A stretch of 61,120 bases of DNA, counting the filler, from Sphacelaria rigidula (lineage: Eukaryota), in assembly GCA_964200075.2 (NCBI GenBank). It is 10 parts of 10 records of this genome, joined end to end, with 100 filler letters (N's around TTAATTAATTAA, not from the genome) between each part and the next. Parts side by side here need not be neighbours in the genome. Positions count along the whole stretch, not along the records: positions 1 to 6,023 come from CAXNAA020022738.1; positions 6,124 to 12,146 come from CAXNAA020022739.1; 8 more parts are not named here. One strand, 5' to 3'. This document shows, piece after piece, positions 1-12,146 of the stretch (its first letter is position 1; every line of letters begins with the position of its first letter). The notes beneath the pieces are model-generated. The model did not search any database. It saw nothing but the letters and a program-made list of their open reading frames with translations, and was not told the origin of the DNA. The position numbers were made by a program, and so were the translations under genes.

Positions 1-102
1 CCATCGCGAAGCGCCGTGATGCGTTCGGCGCGTCGCATCGTGCGCTGCATACTGAGTAATTGGTATCCTTTTTTTTTTTTCACACCTTCAACTCCCCCCC
101 CC

Positions 103-141
103 AATGGTCTGATGACTATGGCAAGCATGATCATGAGTACA
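103..141 (+). mobile_element. C-run-bounded short repeat family 'R' (other copies ~5484-5628 +, ~5895-5938 +, 30286-30310 +, 44559-44626 -, 45237-45380 -; fragment 1-45 -)
   Basis: Shared end (GCATG)CAAGATCATGAGTACA followed by C-rich sequence; longer copies share CATCACGGCGCTTCGCGCTTG and GGCGAAAA.CCGGCGTGCTCCGT. Confidence 0.75.
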
Positions 142-484
142 CCCCTACTCGGAACGACTCTGTGGTCTCAAGGAATGCACCCATATCTCCCTCTGGTACA
201 GCACACACACAACTACATTTTGGTAGTATCGCGGATTGGATAATGACCAACACTCCCGCACCGCTTCAACTCTCATCGAGCAAACTCTTCTTCTTGCCAT
301 CCACCTCTTCACGCTTCCAACCGCGGAAGTCAAAGACACTTTGCCGGAGAAAAAAAAAAAACGCATCTGGCGTTAATTTAACCCACATTTTCCTACCCAA
401 TTGTGATGAAGGCAGGTGTTCGCATCATGTGCCCAATACAGAAGAAGTACTGCGCAGATATTGGAACGACTTTTAATGTGAAGA

Positions 485-523
485 CAACAAAAACAACAAC
501 AGCAACAACAACAGCAACAACAA
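485..523. repeat. (CAA)n microsatellite, possibly the (TTG)n tail of a minus-strand non-LTR element
   Basis: Imperfect CAA repeats seen directly; the tail interpretation is inference. Confidence 0.75.
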
Positions 524-707
524 CGGTGTATAGGGTACCACTAGACTGACGGGGAGCAGGCTTGCCCATGTACACTCCAGGGTTCCATAAAATGGCAATG
601 ATGCGAGGTTGGCCGCCACAAACCCCATTGTTCTACAGTACTGAGGATAATGGATATCACTAGCCGGGGGTGCTTCCGGCAGTAGATATTGCACGACTTG
701 AACTGCC

Positions 708-1033
708 GCCGCGCCCCAGTGGTGTAATGGCCCGACCGTCGCCATTAGGGTGGAGAGAACGAGGGTTCAATTCTCGATGCATTCGTTTTGTTCTTCGTAG
801 TATCTGATCTTCACCGTGGAAAACGTGAGAACGTGAGTAAACAAAGCAGTTGACTGAGTTTGTTTGACGAGAGTTGACGCTGGGCCGGCGTGCTGACCCA
901 ATCCACGAGACCAAAATGTGAGGCGTGTACCGGGGATAGATGGGCCGATCCCTTGAGACCACGGACGCGTCCCGAGGAAGGGGAGGGGTTCAAAATGCGA
1001 AAAATAATAAAAATAATAAGTAAATAATAAATA
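708..1033 (+). mobile_element. tRNA-derived SINE family 1, uninterrupted copy
   Basis: A-box TGGTGTAATGG, B-box GGTTCAATTCT, ~250-bp body, A-rich tail; second copy at 47624-48719. Confidence 0.85.
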
Positions 1034-2193
1034 GGATATAATTGGTCGACAAGAACTTTCCCGGAACTTTAGTACTTGATTCGAGTGTAAATACTGATCT
1101 CGGATTTTTAGTGGAGCCGACAGTCCCCAGTGCTCCGAGCGTGCGCAGGAGGCATTTTCGTCCAACTCGGCGCCACAGGCGTCATTTCAGAGGTCTGCCA
1201 AACGCACACTTTCCCTGGGACGCCCCTCGCATCCTACTTGCCTTGGGGTTCTCGGTATGATGCCTTGGGTTGCGGTTAGGGTTAGGGATCAGCATTATAA
1301 TAGTTCGAAACCATAAAATTTCCGATGAAATTCTTCATCAACCAGGTGGGTAAGATGGCCTGGCTCTTGGGGGGGGGGGGGGGAGGGGGGTTATACGTCG
1401 AGTTGGATGCTGGATAGTTCCACTGAAGTGAATGTCCCAGCACAGTGCTGTCACAAGTACGATCCGCTACAATAGTGTAACAATAATAAATGCACTAGGG
1501 TTTACCAGTTGATCGCAGTGTCCCAGCATAGTGCGGTTACCGGGCCCATCGTCCTACGTGTGTACTGGGACGACACATTACGTATCACTTCTCGTCTGAG
1601 GTCCTGTACTGTAGTATTACAGTGAGGGGGCTATAACAGATTATCATAAATAACGCACACGGCCTATCCGGTCGATCATTGGGGGGGGGGCGGTTGCTTA
1701 CTTCACCTTCACCAACCAACTTCGATCACACCCAAGAGGTCCTGTTAATATAAACGGGTCGACTTTCCCCCGAAATCTCCGACATTTTCGGGGGAACAAA
1801 AGAAACTCCGTAAAAACTGAAGAGTATGTATCTCAACCCATTGGCCGCGGGGGTAGGTCATCTGGCCATGGACTCATTTTTTCAGTGAAGTTGATGCTGC
1901 TTCAACAGATGACCTCTGCTTGCGGTCGAAAGGTTGACCAGGTTGGGAGATACATGAAGACTAACTGCAGATTTCCAGGGAAAAATCTAGCGTGGAGAGT
2001 TTATTCTTAGATTTTCCCCCGCCGTAGAAGTCGGTAAAAAAAATTAACTTCTTCAATGTTCTGGAAAAGTGGACAAACAAAATGAAGGAAAAAATCGACG
2101 ATAGTGACACCCCTGACCCGATGAAGAATCAAATTTCGACAAACGACAAAACTTCGCGCAGTGCGGGTGTCCTGATTATTTTTGATCGATTAA

Positions 2194-2291
2194 CCCTTTA
2201 GACCGCGAGGGTAGTTCATCTGGATCAAACATAACTTTTTCAAGTAAAATTGATGTCCATTCAAAAAATGAGCTACTCGTGTTCTGAAGGG
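2194..2291. mobile_element. ~100-bp piggyBac-type MITE (copies 1837-1933, 9462-9559, ~26742-27113, ~27119-27219)
   Basis: TIR CCCTTAGACCGCGAGGGTAG flanked by TTAA or near-TTAA; five copies on three contigs. Confidence 0.8.
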
Positions 2292-3228
2292 TCCACCGAT
2301 GTATTCAATTCGTGCATTGTCACACTATGGGTAATTGATTGCATAGGAACCCAACCATGGATCACATTCTCGATAACAAATTGTGAGACAAGTGAAACAC
2401 GGGGGCCTGGAGGTGGGGGATAGGGGATGAGGTGATCCCTTGGAGATATCGAATTGGTCCCGTGGGAGTGTGCATGTGGACGCTAGGGGGACTTCTATCC
2501 TCGATTACAGCTATATTCTTTAAACAGGGGGGGGGGGCGAGCTAGGGGATGATCTGTCTGAAACAACTCATAAAAAGACAAGAATTATGCGACTGCGGAG
2601 TCAGAAAAAGCGATAGCGCAACCTTTGCGCTACACGGCGTCCGGCGCTGCAAGAGGCAATAATGGAAAAGGGGGATCAGATGATCCGGATAGATCATGAT
2701 CCGGGTCAGTATACTGAGAATAAGTAATTTTTAGATGCATCAATGATCTGTCTGACGTGTGGATCTTTCCGTGTTGACCTCAACTTTTCTCAAGAGGCGA
2801 GGTGAACAAGTTGCACCTCCAGACGTCGGTCGGCTAGTCGGTGGACGGAATGTTTCAAGGGTCAGAAGAAATATTGCGGGATTCAAATCACCAAATCGAC
2901 AGTTTTCGTGGCATTGACGCTCAGAGAAGATTCGAGAAAGCATAAAAAAAAACAAGACGTTTACCGCGGGTCAAGAAAGTCTCTACGCGTACGTGGGGTG
3001 CGGTGCAACGCTGGAAACGAAGCGCAACGATTGACGCACACGGTACGGCTCATTTAAACTAAAAGCAAGTTATTTTCAGACGAATCCTTCTTCGTCCAAG
3101 TCTTGGAATGTCACTCGGGCTAACAAGACAAACCTCGTTTTTTCTCGTAGAGCTGCTGCAGCGGCCACACGGCCACCGAAAAGTCGTGGCATGGTAAAAG
3201 TTCTGATCCAGGAGGAGAAGAAACAAAT

Positions 3229-3425
3229 TAGGGTATACCCCATTGCGGGATATTATGAAAGTCGTACTTCAAGTATTCAAATTTGGGCAGGGTGTTGAGA
3301 GTCGTATCTCCCAAAAAAACTGAAAAGCGACGCCTAAGACCCTACCTCACTGCGTGTACTTCAAGTACGACTTTCAAAATACCACGCAATTGAGTCTACC
3401 CTACTCGACCTGCCCTTAAAAAATT
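3229..3425. mobile_element. Degenerate inverted-repeat MITE; related end at 6574-6750
   Basis: TAGGGTATAC..GAAAGTCGTACTTCAAGTA versus TACTTCAAGTACGACTTTC..TACCCTA; terminus AGGGCAGGT(T/C)GAGTAGGGTA shared with 6581-6606. Confidence 0.55.
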
Positions 3426-4409
3426 CTGCAAGGAGGGAAATTTTCAAAAGATCGGACGAGTAATGATTTCTCTAAAAATTATGTGCTTCTTCAGTGTAAT
3501 TGATGCGTACCGTAAGAATCGACCCTCGGACTATGTCTTTAGCGTTGCTCTGCATCCCACCAGGTTCGCACACCCCAAAACTACATCAAGACCCGCGGTC
3601 AACTTTTTTCCTTCTCTTTTTTGGGTTATCAGGCATCAGAAATCGTAGATATTTTTCCGACCCTTGCAAATTCATGTCACGAAAAAAAGTTCTGATGAAC
3701 ATTTCAGAAAGAGGGAAACGTTGCGGAGGAGGAAAAATAACGAAAGTTGAACTTATTTTTCTGGTACGCCATTAGATTTTTTTTTGTCAGCGACCATTTC
3801 AGATCAATGAAAGAATGCCCGAGAGAAGAAGAAAGAAAAGAAAAAAACAATATTTGTTTTGTCATCGGTGGAAATTTTCAAAATTCTAGTCAACATCTTT
3901 CAAGCGAGAGGGGAAAAAATCGTGTCATTGGGAATTTTCTGGTCGATATCTTCGGAGAAAAAAGTTGTACTGTTAGATGAAAAAGAGACACACATATGTG
4001 TGTATGTACATGTAAATACATCTATACATTTTACCTGACAATTCTGGTTGGCGTCATCCAGAAACGCAAATGTTGACAAGGGAAAAAAAAGAAGAGGACA
4101 GAATAATTGACATTCGCACAACCCCGGTCCGTCGGTTCTCATCGGTCTCTAACTGGAACACCAATAGTGGCCTTCAGGCTGCGGGTTGAAAAATCCGACA
4201 GAGACAGTTTTTTCAAGCAGAACCTGAATTCCATCGTTTCAAAGCGCGAGACGGCGAGACTAAACAAACAGCATTCCACGACAATCGGCGGAGAGAGGGA
4301 ATACTGATTCAATCTGCGAAAGCATAATGTTGATGACGTACCACACCCCAGACAGTAGATTTCAGTGTAAGAAAGTGCACTGCGTACAGTATATGGGATC
4401 TATCATTCA

Positions 4410-4575
4410 CACCCTGGACAATATATGGTCAATAGATGCAAAATATGAGAGGTGTACTGCATAAAGTATTGGCCTATTGCAACTACTGCTGGCCCATAAT
4501 AGTCGCAATAGGCCAATACTTTATGCAGTACGTTTCTTGTCTATTGCAACTATTGACCATATATTGTCCAAGGTG
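4410..4575. mobile_element. Palindromic Tc1/mariner-type MITE (copy 36489-36636; relative 43924-44057 inside a TA microsatellite)
   Basis: TIR CACC(C/T)TGGACAATATATGGTCAATAG and near-complete foldback; the related copy lies in (TA)n. Confidence 0.75.
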
Positions 4576-5328
4576 TGGGAAGTTTCTACTCGACACGTTG
4601 ACATTTCTACACCCATACACTTCACCTTGAAGCTAAAAGCATCTTCACCATCACTTCACCAACCCCTCTCCTTCATCACGAGACGGTGATTTGTAATTTG
4701 AAATCTCATTCCTACCACTACTATCGTATTATCCCTACCCCTTCCCTCTGAGGGGGTGGCGGCGGTGCGAGAAGGTTGGAGGAGAGTTTCAGAGTGCGGA
4801 GAATAGGATACGGTCCTCTAGGTGCTGAGTACTCCATAGTACTTGCACTTTGAAATACCATACCTCGAGTACAGATCCCTCGGAATACCCCGAGTAGTAC
4901 CGGGAGTAGCTTGGACTATGATCCAGTACTCTTAAGTGCCTGAACGACCGGGGCCCCAACTACATTCTATCCCAAGCATCTTGAAAAAAAAGCCTTCCTG
5001 GAAAAAAACATGATGGAGCTGATCTACTTTGCTGTGCTGTTCTCTCTTCCCCCCCCCCCCTGTTTCGCTCAACCTTGTCTGGCGAAAACCCGGCGTGCTC
5101 CGTCCCGGTTTTGTAGGGGCGGAACCCTTGTGGGTTTGGCGGCGGTTGGCAATGACGTTGTAAACCACGCCAGTCACTGCGTGAGCTAGGCAGCCAGGTT
5201 ACCGATTTTTTTGCGCGCTTGCGTGTTTTGCGGTAACCATGATGGTAGTCGAGCTAGATCATACTATGCGGGGTGGGGGAACCCCCATTCCGCGCGAAGA
5301 GGATGATTGTACTACGTGGTGTGTAAAT

Positions 5329-5397
5329 GGTGAGACACCCATGAGGCAGTGTGGAAGCCGTGGCTGTCTCTAGAAGTGGCGATACGAGAAAATAAAG
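5329..5397 (+). mobile_element. Repeat 3' module with stem-loop and A-rich end (copies ~5959-6023, 30481-30514)
   Basis: TGGTG(A/T)GACACCCATGAGGCAGTG in three copies; the two complete copies continue GTGGCTGTCTC..GAAGTGGCGATA..AAAA, and GAGACA/TGTCTC form a stem. Confidence 0.65.
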
Positions 5398-6023
5398 CAA
5401 CTCATCGGAGGCTGTCATCCGAATGCAAGATAATCAGTACGCCTCGGGCAAAACAATCTTAGCAGGGTGCAGCTCACCCTTCATGCGACTCGCAGAACAC
5501 ATCACGGCGCTTCGCGCTTGATCGATTGCGAGCCTGGTTCGGCGAAAATCCGGCGTGCTCCGTTCCAACCTCGTAGGTAAACGAGGTCAACGGTCATATG
5601 ACTACCGCATGCAAGATCATCAGTACATCCCCCCCCATTGTGCGTCAATGGTAAAACGACCAAGGCAAGCAACTACCTCAGCTTATTCTTTTTCTTCATT
5701 TTTTTTCGCAATATGGAGAAACCAATACACCTCAGCCCCTGTACCCGTGCACGCTGAGACTGGTGCTCTTGCGGAGTGGATCAGAGTGATGCCACGATAG
5801 CCCCCCCTCCCCCCTCCCCATACCATGAGCACCCAAAATATTGGAGGTTTTTCTATGAGGAGTGGGAACGGTGCTCCGTCTCGAAATCGATGCGTGGTCA
5901 ACGGTCTAACGACTAAGACAAGCGGCATATGAGTACGACCCCCCCCTCCTGGTTTGGATGGTGAGACACCCATGAGGCAGTGTATAAGCTGTGGCTGTCT
6001 CGGGAAGTGGCGATAACAAAAAA

Positions 6024-6123
6024 NNNNNNNNNNNNNNNNNNNNNNNNNNNNNNNNNNNNNNNNNNNNTTAATTAATTAANNNNNNNNNNNNNNNNNNNNN
6101 NNNNNNNNNNNNNNNNNNNNNNN
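6024..6123. other. Artificial contig spacer N44-TTAATTAATTAA-N44 (also at 12147, 18270, 24393, 30515, 36637, 42758, 48879, 55000)
   Basis: Identical 100-nt spacer with stops in all six frames occurs 9 times; contig lengths run 6023, 6023, 6023, 6023, 6022, 6022, 6021, 6021, 6021, 6021. Confidence 0.99.
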
Positions 6124-6244
6124 CACTGTTTTGTGCAGACGCCAGACACGTCATTCCTGATCAGCCTACTTGGTCGTTCTGGAGGCCCGGTCCCAAAAGG
6201 GTTGATGGAAAATGGGGAATACGCCGCACGTTTGACTAACCTCG

Positions 6245-6480
6245 GATGAATGGAAGGTGGGGAACATGTACCTATGATTCATCCGGGATAGATGGAAGGG
6301 TGGAAATATGTACCTGCGATTCATGGCGTATGGATGGAGGGTGGGGAGCGTGTGCGTATGATTCATGCTGCATGAAAATAAATTAGGAAACATCCATGAA
6401 TCATACCGTACGAATGGAAAAGTGGGAAACATATACCTATGGTCCATACCATAAGTATAGAAGGTAGAAAACGCGTATAT
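6245..6480. repeat. Degenerate ~40-bp minisatellite, about 6 copies
   Basis: Recurrent ATGGAAGGTGGGAAACAT.TACCTATGATTCAT. Confidence 0.75.
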
Positions 6481-8674
6481 TCGTCGGTGTACCTCACGAA
6501 TGACGAACTGAGAATGCGTACACTCAAAGTAGTGTCGCACGAATCACGAATCCAAAGCACATAAGAAAACACAATTTGTAAGAGGGCAGGTTGAGTAGGG
6601 TATACCCAATACTCGGTATTTTGAAAAAGTCATACCCTCTGTAACCAACATTCGGGTAAAGTGATGAAATCGTACCCAATCTACCCAAACATTAGGTAAA
6701 GTATTTTAGATCGTACTCAACATACCCAAATTTTGAGTAGAGTATTAACGCCATACGTGAAAGAGAAGGGGGCAACGTGGAGTGCAGACAGCGCAAGACT
6801 ATCTGTTCTGTCTACTTACAGTACGACGTGAAAAGGACTTGAGCAAAGTACAGTCTTGTACTGCCTGCAATGTCCATGAGTATACGCAAGTCGGTCGTCC
6901 ACCCTACGCAGTTCCGTCGCCGATCCATACCACGGAAAGAGATGCTCAAGCTTTCGCCGACAAAAAACGAACACATCATACCCAACTACTGCAGTATATC
7001 TATCCCTGTGTCCAACGTGTGCTTAATGCTGCAGGGTTACGGTGATAGCTGAGTAACTGTTGTGTGGGGCTTGCATGATTCTGTGAATGGGTGGTATCTG
7101 GCGTGGTGGTCTGCAAGATAGGAGTTAAGTGCCCCTTCGTACCTTTCCTCCGCATGTTTTCGATCGGGAAAGTCGAGGGTAGATCGGGTAGGGTATGAAC
7201 TTTTGAATACATATATATAAGATCTTTAGGACGCACGAGAGCGCAGCGACTATCGTAAGGAGGCGTCCACGCGAGTTTATGCTGGAATGAGTGTGCAAAT
7301 CGCTCTGCGTCCGCGTCGGGGGATGACTGTCCGGGCGAATGCCAATGCCAGGGGTTCAATGCGCAGATTTGTTCCGCGCGGTACGTGCTACATCTTAGCC
7401 ACGGTAATATCGTCAAAGTGTGTGGTCACCGATGAGCATCGTTCGACCGATCATCATTGAACGGATCATGTGTCAATGAGAAATTCCTGTGGTTGCGGCC
7501 ATACAGCGCGCGGGGTTCAACCCTCGTGTTACGGTAAATTTTGCCGTCGAAATCCGTTGACATCGCCAACGCACATGGAATTAAAGCGAGAGATTCGGCG
7601 AGGGCACGGGCAACGCGCAACACAACGATGACTCCCGGTCGCGAGCTCCGTCGAATTTCCCGCACGTCCGTATTTTTCAAGAGCTGGGCCGGCCGCAGAA
7701 CTGAAATTCCTTCCACCGAACTCAAGAACCGCGGCGAGTTATTGCAAAGTGAACATATCCTCATGATGGGGAGATCGCCACGCGTATGTGCCTACAACTC
7801 TCAATGTGCTCAAGGGTACATGGCGGCCTTGAAAAATAAGAAAAGGTCGTGTGCCGAGAACATACTGCGTTAAGTACAGGGCGAGACTGTACAAAAATGC
7901 GGCTAGTTTTTTTTTAATGCGGCGTGATTTTTTGTGCTCCGGAGCGGTGTTTGCGTACCACACGCTTGCACATTGCGCATGCTGCCCGTCATGGCGGCAA
8001 GCTCGTCGGGAACTCGGTGATCGGATAGGACCTGTGTTCTCACCATATAATATAATGCTATTACGGGGGAACATTGTTAGTAGGGACAAGAAATGCGCGA
8101 AAACAAAAGTTGAAGAAAAAAAATTGTGACTGATCATTTTTGTCATTGCCGTTTACACGATATTTTTATCTGCAGTTTTTGGACAAAACCAACGGGAGAA
8201 CACGTGTAGTGATGTGCACTGAGCACACCGTACTAAAGCTGGCAACTGTGGCTTTCCAATTATGGTGGTCTCGTCCTCAGGCGTATCGTACAGCATGCAA
8301 GAGGCCATGTTGATCATGACAGCACTGTTTTTCGTACGGGGGAGGAACGCCGTCCCCATATCTCTGAAGAAACACGCAAACGACATACCGATGAGAACCT
8401 TGGAATATGACCGAGGGAGCCCTTGAAACCGTCTTTCAAAATTTGAAAATGCGCTCGAGATATGCCCAACTGAAGTGGGGGTCTCCAGATCACAGCGTGC
8501 TCCACTAAGAGAGGTAGAAAAACAGCAGTGCCTCCTGGCACTGCTCCAAAAGTGGCGAGAAGAGACAAACCATACGTGTATATCAATAGGAAGGAGGTAG
8601 AAAGACGTGAAGAAGCCGTGGCTGCACAGGTAGTCGTTGCTGCAGACAAGGCAGCCGCTGTTTCTCAACAGGCG

Positions 8675-9156
8675 TAGATATGGCATGTCATATCTCTCAA
8701 CCCCTGATCCATGATCGGTGGGGCGCCCACAAGGGAAACTCACGAAATGGGCCTCACCTTCCCGCGTGCATTCCTTTTTTGCTTTTGTGATGCTGCGTGT
8801 TGATCGCGTGGATCTTGCGGTTCATCCAAGCTATCGTTTGTTGAATTTGACGTCGACACGCCGGAGATATGGCATGCCATATCTCAACCCTTCATCCATG
8901 ATCGGAGGGAAACCAACAGGAACATTTCAGAACAATTTCACGGAATGGGCCTCACCTTACCGCGTGCATTTTGTTGTTGCTTTTGTGTTGCTGCATGTTA
9001 TCGCGTGGATCTTGCGGTCCATCCGAGCTATCGTTTGTTGAATTCGACGTCGACACGCCGGAGATATGGCATGCCATATCTCAACCCCGTTTCATCCATA
9101 CGGAGGTAAACCAACAGGTACATTGCAGAACAATTTCACTGAATGGGCCTTACCTT
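8675..9156. repeat. Tandem repeat of ~190-197 bp (2.5 copies), each unit starting with a 22-bp palindrome
   Basis: GAGATATGGCATGCCATATCTC at 8864 and 9061, imperfect at 8675; downstream unit sequence conserved. Confidence 0.9.
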
Positions 9157-10178
9157 TTTGTGCGCATATGGGTCACTACACAACAGAAGAATACCGCCAG
9201 AGGGTTATGAGCCTTCACCTCTCTGAGACAGCAGAGCGCTCTGTCGATTAAGCTATGACGGTGCGTTGAGGACAGGACAAGATCCCAGAAGAGAGTTGAG
9301 ATGTTGAGTGAGAGACGGGGGGCGAGCAGCGATGGCTCGCACCTTGTCTTGGATGACAGACGGAGCACAAACCAGTCAAGCTCCTAGAATACGCTTGTGG
9401 TGTGGTGTACAGTCAAGCTCACAGAATGGGAGCTTGGTGGTGTTGTGTGTGTTGGCTTTAACCCGTAGACCGCGAGGTTAGTCTTCTGTTGAATCGGCAT
9501 CAATTTCAAAGAAAACAAAGTGTGCATGATCCAGATAGACTACCCTCGCGGTCTAAGGGATAAGCCTGGAGCGTATCCGTAGCTCCGTGGCTTCCAAGGC
9601 ACACAGACAGACAGTTCGAGATCTTTGGGATCGGACTAGCCGACAGTCGAGGAACATTCCTCGTGGCTAGAAGTTTCCTATGGACAGGACCTGTTGGTCT
9701 GGTTCTGGACAGAACCAAAGGCATGTTGGGTTCGCATAGCTGGGATGCACACCACCCCCTAGTTATGACGGTATTAGTGCACGCATTCCGCCATAACTGT
9801 TGATGCGAATATCCAACATCCCTCAGAATCTAGATCCGGAGTGCGCACTCACAACATTTCGGTGTAGATGCATAGGATGACGAGTGACATGCAAACAAGA
9901 GCTATATTTGAGTGAATGAGTACCGATTTGATAAAAATCGAAGTATTTTGACGTATCAACAAAAGTATGTCAGGATCGACAGACAGACATTGAATGAGGA
10001 CATGGTTGACTAGTTTCCTTCACAGTTTACGCATTTTTCAAGAACTCCGTTTTATCTTACGATTGGTCACGTCCAATACTCAATCTAGATGACTCGGAAT
10101 CTGACAGAATGTGTAGTGACTGTGGCCTGCAGGACCGAAAACGAGTATCTGGACAAAGAAAAAAAAGTGTATGCATAC

Positions 10179-10410
10179 GGCACTTTCTACGATAGCCCCC
10201 CCCTAAAACCAGCTAAAAGTGTCACGAAAAAAATGGTCATACAGCGCCTGATGTTCGGATCAGGCTGCATAAAGCGCCTCATATTGGCGACATTGGCTAG
10301 CACGATCCCAAGCGTGGGAATTCCCAGCTTCTCGTTGTGCTCGGCTTTTCCCATTCCGATTTATGTGAAGATTTTGCCTCCCAAAACCATGCATATTGGG
10401 GGGGGGCTAT
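10179..10410. mobile_element. ~245-bp MITE family with TIR GACACTTTCTACGATAGCCCCC (complete copy 35789-36033, half copy 55100-55215; related TIR 21391-21633)
   Basis: Three copies with the same internal sequence in both orientations; TIR pair visible at 35789 and 36033. Confidence 0.85.
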
Positions 10411-11144
10411 GTTCATGCGTAATCTTGATCCTGACTAGAGTGCCGAATAACTATGAGCAACGGAATAGCAGTGTGGCCGGACAAGTCTGATATTTATGGC
10501 ACTGACAATCACCGTGTGTATGAATTCGGTATAGACAAACATGGCTGACAGCTGACAAATTCAGTGCATTCCTGTGAGCGTTATGCATGCACAGGCAACT
10601 TTACAAGAGGCACAAGTGACAGACGGGTAACACGCGTGTTCCTGAAAAGAAATACAAAAATCTTTTCGGAACAGACATAATCTGGTGACAAGCTTTTTTT
10701 TATCATCAACCCCCCTTGTGCGGGTGGGACGGGAACTCTTACTACCCCCCTGACACCGGGACGTGAAGCCAACATCTTTCTTGTGGGCAGTGCTAGTGCT
10801 CTTGCGTATATATACAATATACGAGATGTTGATGCGGGTGGTATGGTGGAGTTTTGTTGCGTGAGTGGGAAATATAAATGAAATAAACATCGCTTTACTT
10901 GTGCTGACAACATTGAAGATATCGTGACAAAATCGTCGTCCAGGAAAAATCTGGCGACAGCTCAACGCGTGCGCGGTACTTCGCACTAGACAAGCCATGA
11001 AGGTTGAACCTTAGACAATGTATATATATATTGTATATCTGACAGATGATGGTACATTTTGCTTTGGGATGGTATCAGTGGTGCTAAACTGATACAGATG
11101 GGGATGGATGATACATCTGTGGGCACGGACAGTCCCAAATGACT

Positions 11145-12146
11145 CTAGTTGAGAACGGCAGAATCTTTACGAGGTTTTCGCCGTGGGGGATCAAACGCTG
11201 TCGGATCCTTTGACAAAATTGCGGCGCGGTAGGATTGAATCATCTCATGACATTGCGGAATGTGACGGTAATGGCGTCAGACTCCCCTTTGAGGCCGTCA
11301 GTCTTTGATTTTGAGATGGTATTGGAAATTATCCGGTGAACCGGCTCCTACCATCCGTTTGTGACCATCGACATACTCCACTACATAGGGTCCCATCATA
11401 ACCTTGTGCACTGAACCTTCAAGGTCTGGGATAGGAAGACGCGTTCCGATGAGCGTATCGCCGAGCGTTTCAAGGTCGGGTACGAGTGATGACGTGGGCA
11501 CATTTTTTTTTTTCATGCGACCAAGATGGACAGTAATTTCTGCCGGATCATTTGTTTTACTGACTCGATACATGACCGGTGACAATTTCGCTCGAATAGA
11601 GTATGGGCCATGCCAAGGACTGTAAATTTGGGGTTGCGCCCGGCAGTTTCATGATATGGACGATGGATCAGCACTTGATCGCCTGGTTTAAAACTGGGAA
11701 GGGACAGTTTCTCATTCTCAACCGCTTGCTTATCCGCTCGCTCTTTGAGATTGCGGCGGGCTAACTCGTAGGCTAGTTGCAAGTTTTGGACAGTTTGACA
11801 GGAGTAATCAAGACGTGACTGTGGTGCGGTTGTTACTGGGACTCTGAGAATGAGATCGACAGGGAGGACAACTGCGTGACCGAACATTAAATAATGGGGA
11901 GTCTCTTCGAGCGTGGACGAGTATGCAGTGTTATGCGCTAATTGGACCAAAGGAAGTAACTCGGCCCATTTATCACAAGCCAAGTTGCTGTACACGGCCA
12001 GCATATTGTGGACAGTGCTGTGCACACACTTTAAGACTGAATTTCCTTGCGGACGGTATACAGCAGTAAACACCGATCCTAATTTTTGGGGTTGAAACAT
12101 AATATGAGGTTGAAGTCCCATCCCTCCATTGCAGGGAAGATACAAA
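11145..12146 (-). pseudogene. Ty3/Gypsy (chromovirus) integrase C-terminal half with chromodomain, decayed
   Basis: TAVYRPQGN..HNML..WAELLPLVQLAHNTAYSSTLEETPHYLMFG; FKPGDQVL; chromodomain-like YVVEYVDGHK..QYHLKIKD..(W)RHYRHIPQCHEMIQSYR; frameshift and stops. Confidence 0.9.

Noticed and set aside
708..781. Functional tRNA genes at SINE heads (also 43366, 26836, 20250)
   Set aside because: No proper cloverleaf, and each continues into a shared body with a tail
6068..6079. TTAATTAATTAA recurring every ~6.1 kb as a biological repeat or piggyBac site
   Set aside because: Always centred in N-runs of fixed length; synthetic linker
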